In this document: positions 18,668-27,817 of the stretch, in pieces
Layout: every line of letters begins with the position of its first letter
Numbering within the stretch: the first letter of the stretch is position 1
NCBI GenBank assembly: GCA_963716745.1
Contig: OY970320.1
Location: 3,136,001 to 3,200,000 of the forward strand
Length of the DNA stretch: 64,000 bases
Origin: an uncultured Gemmatimonadaceae bacterium
GTDB taxonomy: Bacteria > Gemmatimonadota > Gemmatimonadetes > Gemmatimonadales > Gemmatimonadaceae
Reading direction: 5' to 3'
The notes under the pieces: generated by a model
Databases searched by the model: none
What the model was told of the DNA's origin: nothing
What the model saw: the letters and a program-made list of their open reading frames with translations, nothing else
Made by a program: the position numbers and the translations under genes

Positions 18668-19450
18668 GTGGAACTTCATTCTGCGCGTGGCGAGCACAGT
18701 ATCGCTAAGCTGTTCGATGGCGCGCCGCCCTGGTACGTGCCCGATTCGCCGCTCCCTCGCGCGTCGCGGATAGCCGTGGTCGCCCCGCATCCGGATGACT
18801 TCGACGTCATCGCCATCACGCTGCGGCACTTCCAACGAGCCTCGGCGCAGATCGCCGTCGCGGTCCTGACCTCCGGCGCATCCGGAGTCGAGGACGGATT
18901 CGTGACAGATGCCGCGCCCGACGCCAAGCGGCGCGTTCGTGAGGCCGAGCAGCAAGCGAGCTGCGCATTCTTCGGCCTGCCGGCCGAGCAGTTGCATTTC
19001 CTCCGGCTCGCCGAGGATCCTGAGGGGCATCTCGCCGAATCCGCGGACAACCGCGGGCGCGTGGACGAGTTCTTGAAGCGGTGGCAGCCGGAGTTCGTGT
19101 TCCTGCCGCACGGCAACGATCCGAATCGCGCCCACCAGCTCACCTTCGCCATGGTCGCGGAATCGCTCTCGCGTCAACTGCCCGCGGCCACTCTCTGGCT
19201 CAACCGGGACCCCAAGACCGTCGCGATGCGCGAGGACGTGTACGTCGTGTTCGACGACGAGGCCGCGGAATGGAAGCGAACGCTCCTGCGCCACCATGCC
19301 TCGCAGCAGTCGCGCAACCTGCACGCGCGCGGTCACGGATTCGATGAACGAATTCTGCGCAGCAACGCCGTCGTCGCAGCGTCCGCGGGACGTCCCGGCG
19401 CCTTCGCGGAGACATTCGAGTTGCGCTCGGCACTCCGCCCGAAGGGATGA
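18668..19450 (+). CDS. PIG-L/LmbE-family deacetylase
   Basis: RBS AGGAG and GTG start; APHPDD, REAEQ, HxSQ. Confidence 0.8.
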   Translation: MELHSARGEHSIAKLFDGAPPWYVPDSPLPRASRIAVVAPHPDDFDVIAITLRHFQRASAQIAVAVLTSGASGVEDGFVTDAAPDAKRRVREAEQQASCAFFGLPAEQLHFLRLAEDPEGHLAESADNRGRVDEFLKRWQPEFVFLPHGNDPNRAHQLTFAMVAESLSRQLPAATLWLNRDPKTVAMREDVYVVFDDEAAEWKRTLLRHHASQQSRNLHARGHGFDERILRSNAVVAASAGRPGAFAETFELRSALRPKG

Positions 19451-19609
19451 CGCATCCGGGCCTGTGCGTCCGCCTTTACTCACAACTGCCAGGGGCTGGG
19501 GCGCGGCGCCTAGAGGATTGCGACCGTGGTGGCGCGGAGTCGCGCGGAGGTCTTCGGAGGTCATCGCTTGACTTCGCTTCGACCCGCTCGCAATCTGAAC
19601 GAATCCAAC

Positions 19610-19927
19610 ATGCTTAACTCTCTCCGCATACTCGCGCTCGGCGCATCGCTCTCGCTTACCGCGCAGCTGTATGGCGACCTGCGCGAAGGCGACAAGCAGT
19701 TGCCGGGGGTCAAGATGGAGCTGGCGTGCGGATCCGAGACCGCGCGGGCGACGACCGATAGCGCCGGGGCCTTCGTGCTCTTCGTGAAGCAGCCGGGCAA
19801 GTGCGTCCTCAAGGTCGTGTACCAGGATCAGACCGCCACCTTGCCGGTGGTCCTGTACAATGAGCCGGTGCGCTATCGCCTCGCGCTCGAGCGGAAGGGT
19901 AGCGCGTTCGTACTCACACGCCGGTAG
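19610..19927 (+). CDS. Small exported beta-rich hypothetical protein
   Basis: Signal peptide; TTDSAGAF motif; two Cys; TTGACT-17 nt-CAATCT upstream. Confidence 0.65.
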   Translation: MLNSLRILALGASLSLTAQLYGDLREGDKQLPGVKMELACGSETARATTDSAGAFVLFVKQPGKCVLKVVYQDQTATLPVVLYNEPVRYRLALERKGSAFVLTRR

Positions 19928-19933
19928 GGTCGC

Positions 19934-20878
19934 ATGAGCGACTCCGCCGACAAGGCTTCGCAAAGGGACGGGTGGGGCAAGGCGGCGATCATCCTCGAGC
20001 CCGTCGGCGGTCTGTTCACGGCGCTCGCCGTCGCCGGATTGGGCTTCTTCGGATCGCAGTATCTCAATCAGCGATCGACCCGAGAGGCCAAGCTCAACCT
20101 CTACACCCAACTGCTCAGTGCGCGTGAGGAATCCGAGGCGGCCCTCCGGAAGGACATGTTCCAATCGATCATCACGTCCTTCCTCGCTGGCCAATCGCAC
20201 GCGACGGATCGGGGTGCGTCGCCGGTCTCGCAGGCGGAGGCCATGGAAGCGCAGGTACTGAACCTGGAACTGCTCGCGCAGAACTTCCACGAGTCGCTCA
20301 GCCTCACACCGCTCTTCTATCACGTGCAGCGCGAGATCATCGGCTCGAAGCTGCCGTTGGCAGCGAAGCGTGAGTTCGAGGGCCGGTTGACCGCGTTGGG
20401 CCGCGAAGTGAGCCGCCAGCAGATGGCGGCGCTGGAAGATGGCGGCGCGCGATTCGATCTCCACGTCCCGCTCGACAGCGTGCCAATGCAATTCCCTGGT
20501 GAGATCCTCACGCTGGACGGGATCACGCGCCGATTCACGGTCACGGTGGATTCCGTGGACCGGCTGCAAGGGACGCTCCGCGTCAATCTGAGAGTGGAGA
20601 AACTTGCGCCCGCCGGGACGACTGGGGAAGCGATGACGGCGTCCATCTTCGAGGTCTCGCCATTCGACGCGCCGATGATCGACAACCTGCGCCTCTCCGA
20701 CGATCAGCGCATCGCGATCGTGCTGACCCACTTCCGCAGCGGGGATGGCTCGGCGGAGCTTGCCGGACTGTTCTTCCCCGCGTCCCACGCGGGCATCCGC
20801 GAGAAACCGTACTACGAGGACATCCTGCGCAAGCTGGGAGACACCGCGCTCACGACCGGCTCGACCTCGCCGCCCTGA
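19934..20878 (+). CDS. Membrane-anchored hypothetical protein
   Basis: 314-aa ORF 6 nt after the previous gene; one N-terminal TM, a helical segment, then a beta-rich domain. Confidence 0.7.
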   Translation: MSDSADKASQRDGWGKAAIILEPVGGLFTALAVAGLGFFGSQYLNQRSTREAKLNLYTQLLSAREESEAALRKDMFQSIITSFLAGQSHATDRGASPVSQAEAMEAQVLNLELLAQNFHESLSLTPLFYHVQREIIGSKLPLAAKREFEGRLTALGREVSRQQMAALEDGGARFDLHVPLDSVPMQFPGEILTLDGITRRFTVTVDSVDRLQGTLRVNLRVEKLAPAGTTGEAMTASIFEVSPFDAPMIDNLRLSDDQRIAIVLTHFRSGDGSAELAGLFFPASHAGIREKPYYEDILRKLGDTALTTGSTSPP

Positions 20879-20893
20879 CTCCAGCGGGTGCGC

Positions 20894-21427
20894 TCAACGT
20901 TCCTGCCGCACGATGCGTGTCGTCACCGAAAGCTGCCCCACATGACGCATCGCGTGCTCCGCCCCGTGCACGAGGCAGCCGATGACCGTTGACGGGAGCT
21001 GCGCCCTCCCCACGCCTCGAAAATCGCCGAGCGTGGAGACGTCGATCGTGCGGAGTTCGGCCACAGCGGCCTGAACTCGCGCGGTCAATACATCGAGCAC
21101 CCGCGCGACGTCGGCCGCGGCAAGCGGACCGCCTTCCGCACGGATCTCCGCGAATTGTTCTTCCGAGAGCGCGTTCCCACGGGCGTACGTGAACAACCGG
21201 TCGATGACTGCGGCAATGTGTCGCACGTGGAACGCCGCCGACGCCACTCCGCCGGGCCGCGCGTTCCACTCGGCCTCAGTCAGATCCTCGACGAGGCCGC
21301 GCACACTCTCGTCGACTTGAAGCAGGATGTGCGCAACGGGCTGCAAGACGGCGGGGACGCCCTCGACGGGACCGCGCTGCCACCATTCGGTAGTTGCCGT
21401 TCTCCCCGGCTTCGCCGGCTCGCTCAT
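20894..21427 (-). CDS. DinB/YfiT-family protein
   Basis: FHVRHIAA..DRL; HGAEHAMRHVGQ. Confidence 0.82.
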   Translation of the reverse strand: MSEPAKPGRTATTEWWQRGPVEGVPAVLQPVAHILLQVDESVRGLVEDLTEAEWNARPGGVASAAFHVRHIAAVIDRLFTYARGNALSEEQFAEIRAEGGPLAAADVARVLDVLTARVQAAVAELRTIDVSTLGDFRGVGRAQLPSTVIGCLVHGAEHAMRHVGQLSVTTRIVRQER

Positions 21428-21693
21428 TTCTTGATCCGCCTCACGATCCATAGGAGCAAACAAGCCCCGATCACCGCGATGAGGATCTCGCCGATATACC
21501 CGGAGCCGTGGAGACCGATCAGGCCGAAGACGAAATTGCCGAGAAGCGCGCCGACCACGCCGACGAGGAGATCGCCGAGCAGCCCGAATCCGCTTCCCTT
21601 CATGATCTTGCCGGCGAGAAAGCCGGCGATGATGCCGACGATGACGATGTAGAGCAGCGTCTGTGCTTCGAAGCCTAGGTAGTAGTCGTGCAA
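21424..21693 (-). CDS. GlsB/YeaQ/YmgE stress-response membrane protein
   Basis: VGIIAGFLAG..GVVGALLG..AVIGA. Confidence 0.85.
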   Translation of the reverse strand: MHDYYLGFEAQTLLYIVIVGIIAGFLAGKIMKGSGFGLLGDLLVGVVGALLGNFVFGLIGLHGSGYIGEILIAVIGACLLLWIVRRIKK

Positions 21694-21810
21694 TGGGCGC
21701 TCCGCCGATTCGGATCTGGATAATCATAGGGCTTTTCGGAGTGTGGCGCTGACGGCAGGAATGGGCGGCTGGCGATCGCCCGTCGTGACCCGGGTGACGT
21801 AGATGACAGC

Positions 21811-21890
21811 CAAAGAAAAAGCCCGCGCTCCCGCGCGGGCTTTGACTGAATGACGGTGGACGCAGTCGACGGCGAAGCGGTGTCCCGCTC
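21811..21890 (-). repeat. tRNA-Ser trailer/terminator module without a tRNA (att-like junction 1)
   Basis: CAAAGAAAAAGCCCGCG..CGCGGGC-10 nt-TGACGG, same layout as at 31416 and 54815. Confidence 0.65.
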
Positions 21891-21896
21891 GTCGCG

Positions 21897-22505
21897 CTAG
21901 ATGCGGAGCGCGAGCACCATCAGCCCGACGGCGGCGATCCAGCTGCCGGCCACGCGTACGGCGATCCGTGTCCACCCCGCAGTGAGCCAGCGGACCGCGC
22001 TAATGGTGTAGGCGAGAACGAGCAGCCCGCCGATCGCGACGCCGGGGGCGAAGCGCCATATGGAGGCGCCGGCGCCGATCTCGCCACCGTTCGCGAAGCC
22101 AAGCGTGAGCCCCACGATCGCGGCGAGTGCCAGCAGCGCCGCGCGCGGCAGCGGCCACGCGCCGGCCACCAGCACGCCGAGCACCAGCATGGCGCCAAGC
22201 TCCAGTACTCCGAGGTCGGGCACGCGCCCGAGCGCGGCGCCGATCGCTGCGCCGGCGAGTAGCGCGAGCGGCGCGATGCCGAGCACGCGCACTGCTGCAT
22301 CGCGTCCCTGCTGCGCCGCGAGCATGCCGAGCGCGATGGTGGGGGTGAGCGTCTCCAGCGCGGAGAGCATGTGAAGCATGCCGCCGTAGAAATCGCCGGC
22401 GCCGGGAAATGCGTGCGCATGCGCCGTGGCTGGCAGAGCCGCCAAGAGCACCATCGCCGCGCGCACACTCCGCGCGGTTGGTCGCCAGTAGGCCGCGCGT
22501 CTCAC
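21897..22505 (-). CDS. HupE/UreJ-family membrane protein (divergent)
   Basis: AHAH..GGMLH; NGGE; RVAGSWIAAVG; GTGA overlap with upstream gene. Confidence 0.72.
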   Translation of the reverse strand: MRRAAYWRPTARSVRAAMVLLAALPATAHAHAFPGAGDFYGGMLHMLSALETLTPTIALGMLAAQQGRDAAVRVLGIAPLALLAGAAIGAALGRVPDLGVLELGAMLVLGVLVAGAWPLPRAALLALAAIVGLTLGFANGGEIGAGASIWRFAPGVAIGGLLVLAYTISAVRWLTAGWTRIAVRVAGSWIAAVGLMVLALRI

Positions 22506-23092
22506 AGCGCGAGCACCAAGTAGTACACGCCGCCGGCGGCGATCGCCGCGCCGAGCGTGCGGAGCAATCGATCTCCCCATGACCAACGGTGCACGAGGGC
22601 GATCGCGATCCCGGTGACGTGCAGCAAGCCGGTGGCGAGCACGAATCCCAAGCCGTAGGCCAGCGGCGCCGCCGCCTTGGGCAGCTCGAGCCCATGCGCG
22701 TAGCCGTGAAAAATGGCGAAGATCCCGACGAGGATCGCCGCCGCCCACAGCGGCGGCTTGAGCGCGAAGAGGATCGCGGCGCCGAGGAGCAACGCCGACG
22801 CCGCCACGCCGATCTCCACGCCGGGGAGATACACGCCGCGAACACCGAGCGCGCCGCCTACGGACATCACGAGTGGGAACGTGACCGGCAGCAGCCAGAT
22901 GGCCGGCGCGCCGAGCTGCGAACCCCAAATGCCCACCGCGATCATCGCGAGCATGTGATCGGGCCCCGTGAGCGGATGCAGGAATCCGCTCGCGAATCCT
23001 GTCGCTACGCCGCCGGTGTGCGCGCTCGCCGGGGCCGCAGCCAGCGCGAGCGCCAGCAGCGCGAACGCGAGCACCGAGCCGCGCGGCCTCAC
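22502..23092 (-). CDS. HupE/UreJ-family Ni/Co permease-like protein
   Basis: GFLHPLTGPDHMLAM, FHGYAHG, LLHVTG. Confidence 0.88.
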   Translation of the reverse strand: MRPRGSVLAFALLALALAAAPASAHTGGVATGFASGFLHPLTGPDHMLAMIAVGIWGSQLGAPAIWLLPVTFPLVMSVGGALGVRGVYLPGVEIGVAASALLLGAAILFALKPPLWAAAILVGIFAIFHGYAHGLELPKAAAPLAYGLGFVLATGLLHVTGIAIALVHRWSWGDRLLRTLGAAIAAGGVYYLVLAL

Positions 23093-24114
23093 CAAAACCC
23101 CACGACCCGCTGAATGAACCAACTCGCCGCGATGATCCCAATGGCGTACGCCGGCACGGGGCGCGTCCATCGCGGCCACTTGATGGCGAGCGATCGCAGC
23201 GACCACACGAACGACAGGACCACCGTCACGAACACCAGTTGTCCGAGCTCCACGCCCACGTTGAACGTGAACAGCGCCAACGGAATGTCGCCGCGCGGAA
23301 GCCCGACGCGCGTGAGCGTACCGGCGAATCCGAAGCCGTGCAGCAGTCCGAAGGCGAATGCGATCACCCATGGATGGCGCTGCGCCAAGCCCACCTCGCC
23401 GCGCGCCTGCTTCGCCAGCTCGGTGGCGAGGAACACAATGCTGAGCGCGATCACCGCCTCGACCGGCGGTGGCGGAACGCGCACCAGTCCCAGCGCCGCC
23501 ACCGCGAGCGTGATGCTATGCGCCACGGTGAACGCCGTGATGGTCTTGAGCAGCGGGATCGCGCCGTGCACGAGCAGGAGCAGCCCGAGCACGAAGAGCA
23601 GGTGATCGATGCCGAAGAGGATGTGCTGCATGCCGTACTCGATGTACGTCGCCGACAGCTCGGCGAGCCCGCTCCGCGCCGCCACCACGAGATAGGGGCG
23701 CGACGGATGGACGAGCGTCACGAATCGCGTGCCGTCCTGGAACTCAATGCGCACCAGGACATCGGTGATCGTCATCGCGAGGCCGGGGAAGGCGATCCGC
23801 AATCCCTCGAGCGAACCGGTGGTCGACATCACCACCCATCGCGTGAGATACGAGTCGCCGAGGTCCTGCTCAATGGGCTGTGTCTCGTTGCGCAGCTGGG
23901 CGGGCAGCACCACTGCCACCGGCAGCCGCATTCCCGAGAGCTGCGGCGTGCGCCAGAGCACGGTGTAACGTCCAGGCGCCGTCTCCTTGATCTCGAGGTA
24001 CGCGGGCCGTGACTCGTGCGCATCGAGTGGGCGAGCGCCCACGAGCAGACCGATCGCGGTGAGCAACACCAGCGCGGCGAGGCGCGTGAACGCGCCGGAT
24101 GAGGAACGGATCAT
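23089..24114 (-). CDS. HupE/UreJ-like protein with N-terminal periplasmic domain
   Basis: AHE after signal; HILFGIDHLLFV, TAFTVAHSITL, FGLLHGFGFA, FNVGVELGQ. Confidence 0.88.
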   Translation of the reverse strand: MIRSSSGAFTRLAALVLLTAIGLLVGARPLDAHESRPAYLEIKETAPGRYTVLWRTPQLSGMRLPVAVVLPAQLRNETQPIEQDLGDSYLTRWVVMSTTGSLEGLRIAFPGLAMTITDVLVRIEFQDGTRFVTLVHPSRPYLVVAARSGLAELSATYIEYGMQHILFGIDHLLFVLGLLLLVHGAIPLLKTITAFTVAHSITLAVAALGLVRVPPPPVEAVIALSIVFLATELAKQARGEVGLAQRHPWVIAFAFGLLHGFGFAGTLTRVGLPRGDIPLALFTFNVGVELGQLVFVTVVLSFVWSLRSLAIKWPRWTRPVPAYAIGIIAASWFIQRVVGFW

Positions 24115-25040
24115 GTGGGCGGCGGCCCCTCATCCAGCGCGCCGGCCGGGAGCCGGTAATGCTCCCATCCCGAAGGGAGCACTACCTCGTAGCGGGATCG
24201 CATTTCCTGATACAGCCGATCCCGGATCTTCGCCCGCTCCTCTGCCATGAACTGATCTCGCACGTCTGCGCCGGCCTCTTCGTACGTGGGGACGCGCCCC
24301 GCCGCGAGCGATTCGATGAACACGAGGTGCCAACCCAATCCGGACTCCACCGGGCCGCGCCACGCACCGGGCGCGAGCACGAAGAGGGAATCCGCGAAGT
24401 CGCGCCCGAAAACGCTGGCAACGTTCTGCGGCGTGCGGTCGGCGTAGTAGTCCTGCAGCGCGAACTGGTCGCCGAGCGCCGCGGCACCGCTCCAGCCCGC
24501 CGGCTTCCCCTTGAGCGTCGCGAGCGCCGCCGCCGCGTCAGCTCTTGCGTGTGCACGGCGCGCGTCCGGCGAGAAGTAGATGTGCCGGAAGGAGATGCGC
24601 GGCGGGAAAGCGAATTGCGCAGCGTGAGCCGCGAAGTACGCGCGCAGCGCCGAGTCGGTGGGGATTTCCAGCTTGGACAGATCCTCGGCCAGGAAATCCA
24701 TCTTCTGCACCATCCGGCGCTTGAGGATCTCGTCGCCCTGATCGAGGCCCAGCGCGATCGCTTCGCGATAGAGCACTTCCTCGCGCACGCGCTCGTCCAC
24801 GAGCGAGCGCATCTGTTCGGGCGTGGGAGCCGGGCGCCCTTCCGCCAAGAACGCGACGGTCATCTGGCGCAGGTCGTCGTTCGTGAGTTCGATGCGGCCG
24901 GTGCGGTGCGCGGCATCGCCCCGGTGCACGATCGCATACGCCGCGAAGACCACGAGCCCCCCGGCCAGGAAATGGACGAGGGGCTCGCGCGACCACTGTT
25001 TCGCGAGCTGCCGCAGCCGCGCGGCGCGTGTGCCGCTCAG
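24111..25040 (-). CDS. PpiC/parvulin-like peptidyl-prolyl isomerase (start uncertain)
   Basis: REPLVHF, REEVLYREA..LGLD, GPVESGLGWHLV. Confidence 0.82.
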   Translation of the reverse strand: MSGTRAARLRQLAKQWSREPLVHFLAGGLVVFAAYAIVHRGDAAHRTGRIELTNDDLRQMTVAFLAEGRPAPTPEQMRSLVDERVREEVLYREAIALGLDQGDEILKRRMVQKMDFLAEDLSKLEIPTDSALRAYFAAHAAQFAFPPRISFRHIYFSPDARRAHARADAAAALATLKGKPAGWSGAAALGDQFALQDYYADRTPQNVASVFGRDFADSLFVLAPGAWRGPVESGLGWHLVFIESLAAGRVPTYEEAGADVRDQFMAEERAKIRDRLYQEMRSRYEVVLPSGWEHYRLPAGALDEGPPPT

Positions 25041-27349
25041 GGAGTCGCGCCCGCCGGCTTCCCCGCGGCGGCCTTCATCTTCGCCATCACCGATGGGGCG
25101 AGAAACTGCGGCTCGGCCACCACCTCGTAGTTGGCGTAGCCGAATTCGTTGCTGCGCGCGAGGTAGACCTTCTTGTCGAGCTTGTAGAGCGTGTACGAGA
25201 ATGGCGCGTTGCCGACCATGGTGTTGATCCGGCCATCCTTGATCTCGTAGTGCGCGCCGTCGCCGGCAGTGCCGCGCATCGTGACTTCGCCGAAATCGCT
25301 GGGCTGCGGCACCGCGGGATCGGCGAAGAAGATCATGAAGTTCCCATTCGGCGCCGCGCTCACTTGCACCACGCCGCCGGTGACGTCGTTCTTGATCCAC
25401 GTGGCCTTGTTCACGAACATCGCCGCGAGTTCGGCGTCCATCACCTGCGTGTAGCCCTTGGCCTTGAGATCGGCCACGCTCATCCCCGCGGCGGGGGCGG
25501 CCTTTCGCGCGTCGGTGCTCGGCGTGTACCAGATCGGGGAGCCCCACGCGCGCTCCTGCACTGTTGCCGCCACGATCTCGGGGGGCGCGATGCCGAGGTC
25601 TTTCGCCTGGATGGTGGTCCACCGCGGAGTGGGGATCTCGAGCACGCGGGCATAGTAGAATGCGTGAACGCCGGGCTCGAAGTTCGGATCGGTCCACACC
25701 GCCTTGAGCTCGACGTTGCCGATGGTGTTCGTATACGTGGCGTTCGCGATATCCACCGTGCTGCCCACCGGCCCCACGCGGCCGGTGAACTTGTTCGGCC
25801 TCCGATTACCCGACCACGCGACGTCGTAGATTCGTTCGAAGCTCTGGCCGCTCTTGGACCATCCTTTCACGATCTGTAGCCGGTCGAGATTGCCCGACGC
25901 CGGATCTTTCATGGCCCACACCATAATGGTGGGCGCCCTGCCGGCCATGGCGGGAAGATCGCTCCCCATGGGCACTCCCATCGTGTAGCCCTTGTCGGCC
26001 CAATCTCTCGCGCCGAGCATGGCGGCGGTGTACTTCCACCCGCCGAACATGCGGATCTTGATATGCGGACCGCTGGTGCCGAACGTCTCGCGGCGCTGCA
26101 TCGCGTCGAAGATCGACGCGCGCGTGTTCTCCTCCGCCCACACGCCCGCGATACCGCCGGGGTTCATGTAGCGCACGTCCATCCCGCCGAAGTAGAAGCC
26201 TGCCATGCGCGTCTCGGGCGTCCCATTGAGACCGGCATGTCCGCCGAAGAAGTTCGATTGGCGATATGGCGACGCGCTGTTGTGCGAGTCGGACCCGGCG
26301 GTGAATCCGGTCTTGTACGGATTGAACCCCCAGACGTCCTGCATCGTGATGCCATCCTTCAGCGCCTGGCGCACGTAGCTGCCCGGGATAGCGGGCACCC
26401 CCTGCGGGGTGGCGATGAGCCAACTCATGATCTCGTAGTTCGCGAACTCGTCGTTCGGCGAGAGCAGCGGATGGGCTTCCGATTGCCCCTTGATCTGCTT
26501 GATCTCGATCAGCCGCTCATTGCGCTCACGCGAGGCGGCCCACGCCGCGTCGATGGGACGTCCCTTCTCGTCCACATCGATCGGATACATATGGCCGTCG
26601 GACAGATTGGCGTTGTGCGAAATGGCGAGCAACTCGTTCCCTTGGCTGCGCTGGCCGTCCATCCAGTTCCAGAGATCGGAGGGATCCTGCGAATCGAGCG
26701 CACTGAACGGTTGCGCTGGCAGCTTCGCGCAATCCCGGAAGAAGACATTGCGGTGCATGTTGCGGGCCTGCGGCGCCGAGGTCCACTCGTAGGAGCAGAA
26801 GGCGGTGAACTTGCCGGGCTTGTTGGCGGCATTGGCGGCGGCGTTGTTGGCCTGCCACACCGTGCCGGCCACCTCCGGCGACACGAGCGACTTGATCGGC
26901 TTGTTCTCTATCATCGTCGTGCCGAGCATGAGATAGATGCGCGCCACATTGTCCGGGGTCCGCACCTTGAGCGATTCCGCCACCGGCAGCTTGCTGATGG
27001 CGGACGATGGATCGTTCGCCAGCCGCACAACTCCGGCGTACTCGGCGTGGTCGGTGACGCCCATCCAGTCCAGCGGCGTCTCGATCTTGATCATGAAGCC
27101 GAGCGGGTGCTTGATGGCTTTCCCTTGCGCGTACTCGTAGGCCTCCGCAGGACCGGTGATGCGGTTGCCGAACACATACGCGTCGAAGGACCAGCTCGTA
27201 TGCAGGTGGGTTTCGCCGAAGTAGGGGTTGCGATGCGGTACCTTCGCGGCCGCCGGCTTGGCGGGCGGGTTCGCCTGCGCGAACGATGTGACCGCGCCGA
27301 GCGCGAGCGCGAGCGATGCGGCAGTGATGCGGCGACGAATGCGTGGCAT
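25037..27349 (-). CDS. DUF3604-domain exported putative metallohydrolase
   Basis: GETHLHTSWSFDA, VTDHAEY, HRNV, HNANLS, GSDSHN, QERAWGSPIWYTP. Confidence 0.88.
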   Translation of the reverse strand: MPRIRRRITAASLALALGAVTSFAQANPPAKPAAAKVPHRNPYFGETHLHTSWSFDAYVFGNRITGPAEAYEYAQGKAIKHPLGFMIKIETPLDWMGVTDHAEYAGVVRLANDPSSAISKLPVAESLKVRTPDNVARIYLMLGTTMIENKPIKSLVSPEVAGTVWQANNAAANAANKPGKFTAFCSYEWTSAPQARNMHRNVFFRDCAKLPAQPFSALDSQDPSDLWNWMDGQRSQGNELLAISHNANLSDGHMYPIDVDEKGRPIDAAWAASRERNERLIEIKQIKGQSEAHPLLSPNDEFANYEIMSWLIATPQGVPAIPGSYVRQALKDGITMQDVWGFNPYKTGFTAGSDSHNSASPYRQSNFFGGHAGLNGTPETRMAGFYFGGMDVRYMNPGGIAGVWAEENTRASIFDAMQRRETFGTSGPHIKIRMFGGWKYTAAMLGARDWADKGYTMGVPMGSDLPAMAGRAPTIMVWAMKDPASGNLDRLQIVKGWSKSGQSFERIYDVAWSGNRRPNKFTGRVGPVGSTVDIANATYTNTIGNVELKAVWTDPNFEPGVHAFYYARVLEIPTPRWTTIQAKDLGIAPPEIVAATVQERAWGSPIWYTPSTDARKAAPAAGMSVADLKAKGYTQVMDAELAAMFVNKATWIKNDVTGGVVQVSAAPNGNFMIFFADPAVPQPSDFGEVTMRGTAGDGAHYEIKDGRINTMVGNAPFSYTLYKLDKKVYLARSNEFGYANYEVVAEPQFLAPSVMAKMKAAAGKPAGATP

Positions 27350-27544
27350 GCGTGGGGCTCCAGCGCTGAGGCGTGCGGTTCGTGGGACAGCGCGAGTTGC
27401 CGTATGCCGAGAATGTGGGTCACGGCGTGCGGGCGTGCAATGGGGAGTAGGGAGCGGGGCGAGGTCGCCGCCGCTCGGCGCGCCGCGGCGCGCTATCGCG
27501 GAGCTAAGGGCGGGGGGGGCGTGCACAATTGCACGGCAAGCACG

Positions 27545-27660
27545 AAAGAAAAAGCCCGCACTTCGCGCGGGATTTTTTTCGTTGTGACGGTGAAAGGAGT
27601 CCGGGCCGACCCCGTCTCAAGCGCGAATTCCCATCATTACGGAATTCATCAGGGAGTTTC
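27545..27660 (-). repeat. tRNA-Ser trailer/terminator module without a tRNA (att-like junction 2)
   Basis: AAAGAAAAAGCCCGCAC..CGCGGG..TGACGGTG..AGTC..GTCTC, then GAATTCCC..AGGGAGTTTC. Confidence 0.65.
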
Positions 27661-27817
27661 CTAGGAATGTGCACGGACTCATGCGAGGAGGCTGCTGATT
27701 CTTGGGGACTCGCCTCGCACGCACGAATCGTTGGCCGCTGACCAGGGAATGGTAGGTCGTGTGAATAGACAATGGTGGCCGCGGAGCAGGGATCGCGGCC
27801 TCTTCATTTTGCGCGCC

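Noticed and set aside
18137..20788. 883-aa minus-strand ORF and many other long overlapping ORFs
   Set aside because: Arg/Ala-rich shadow frames of real genes, expected at high GC; no recognisable motifs
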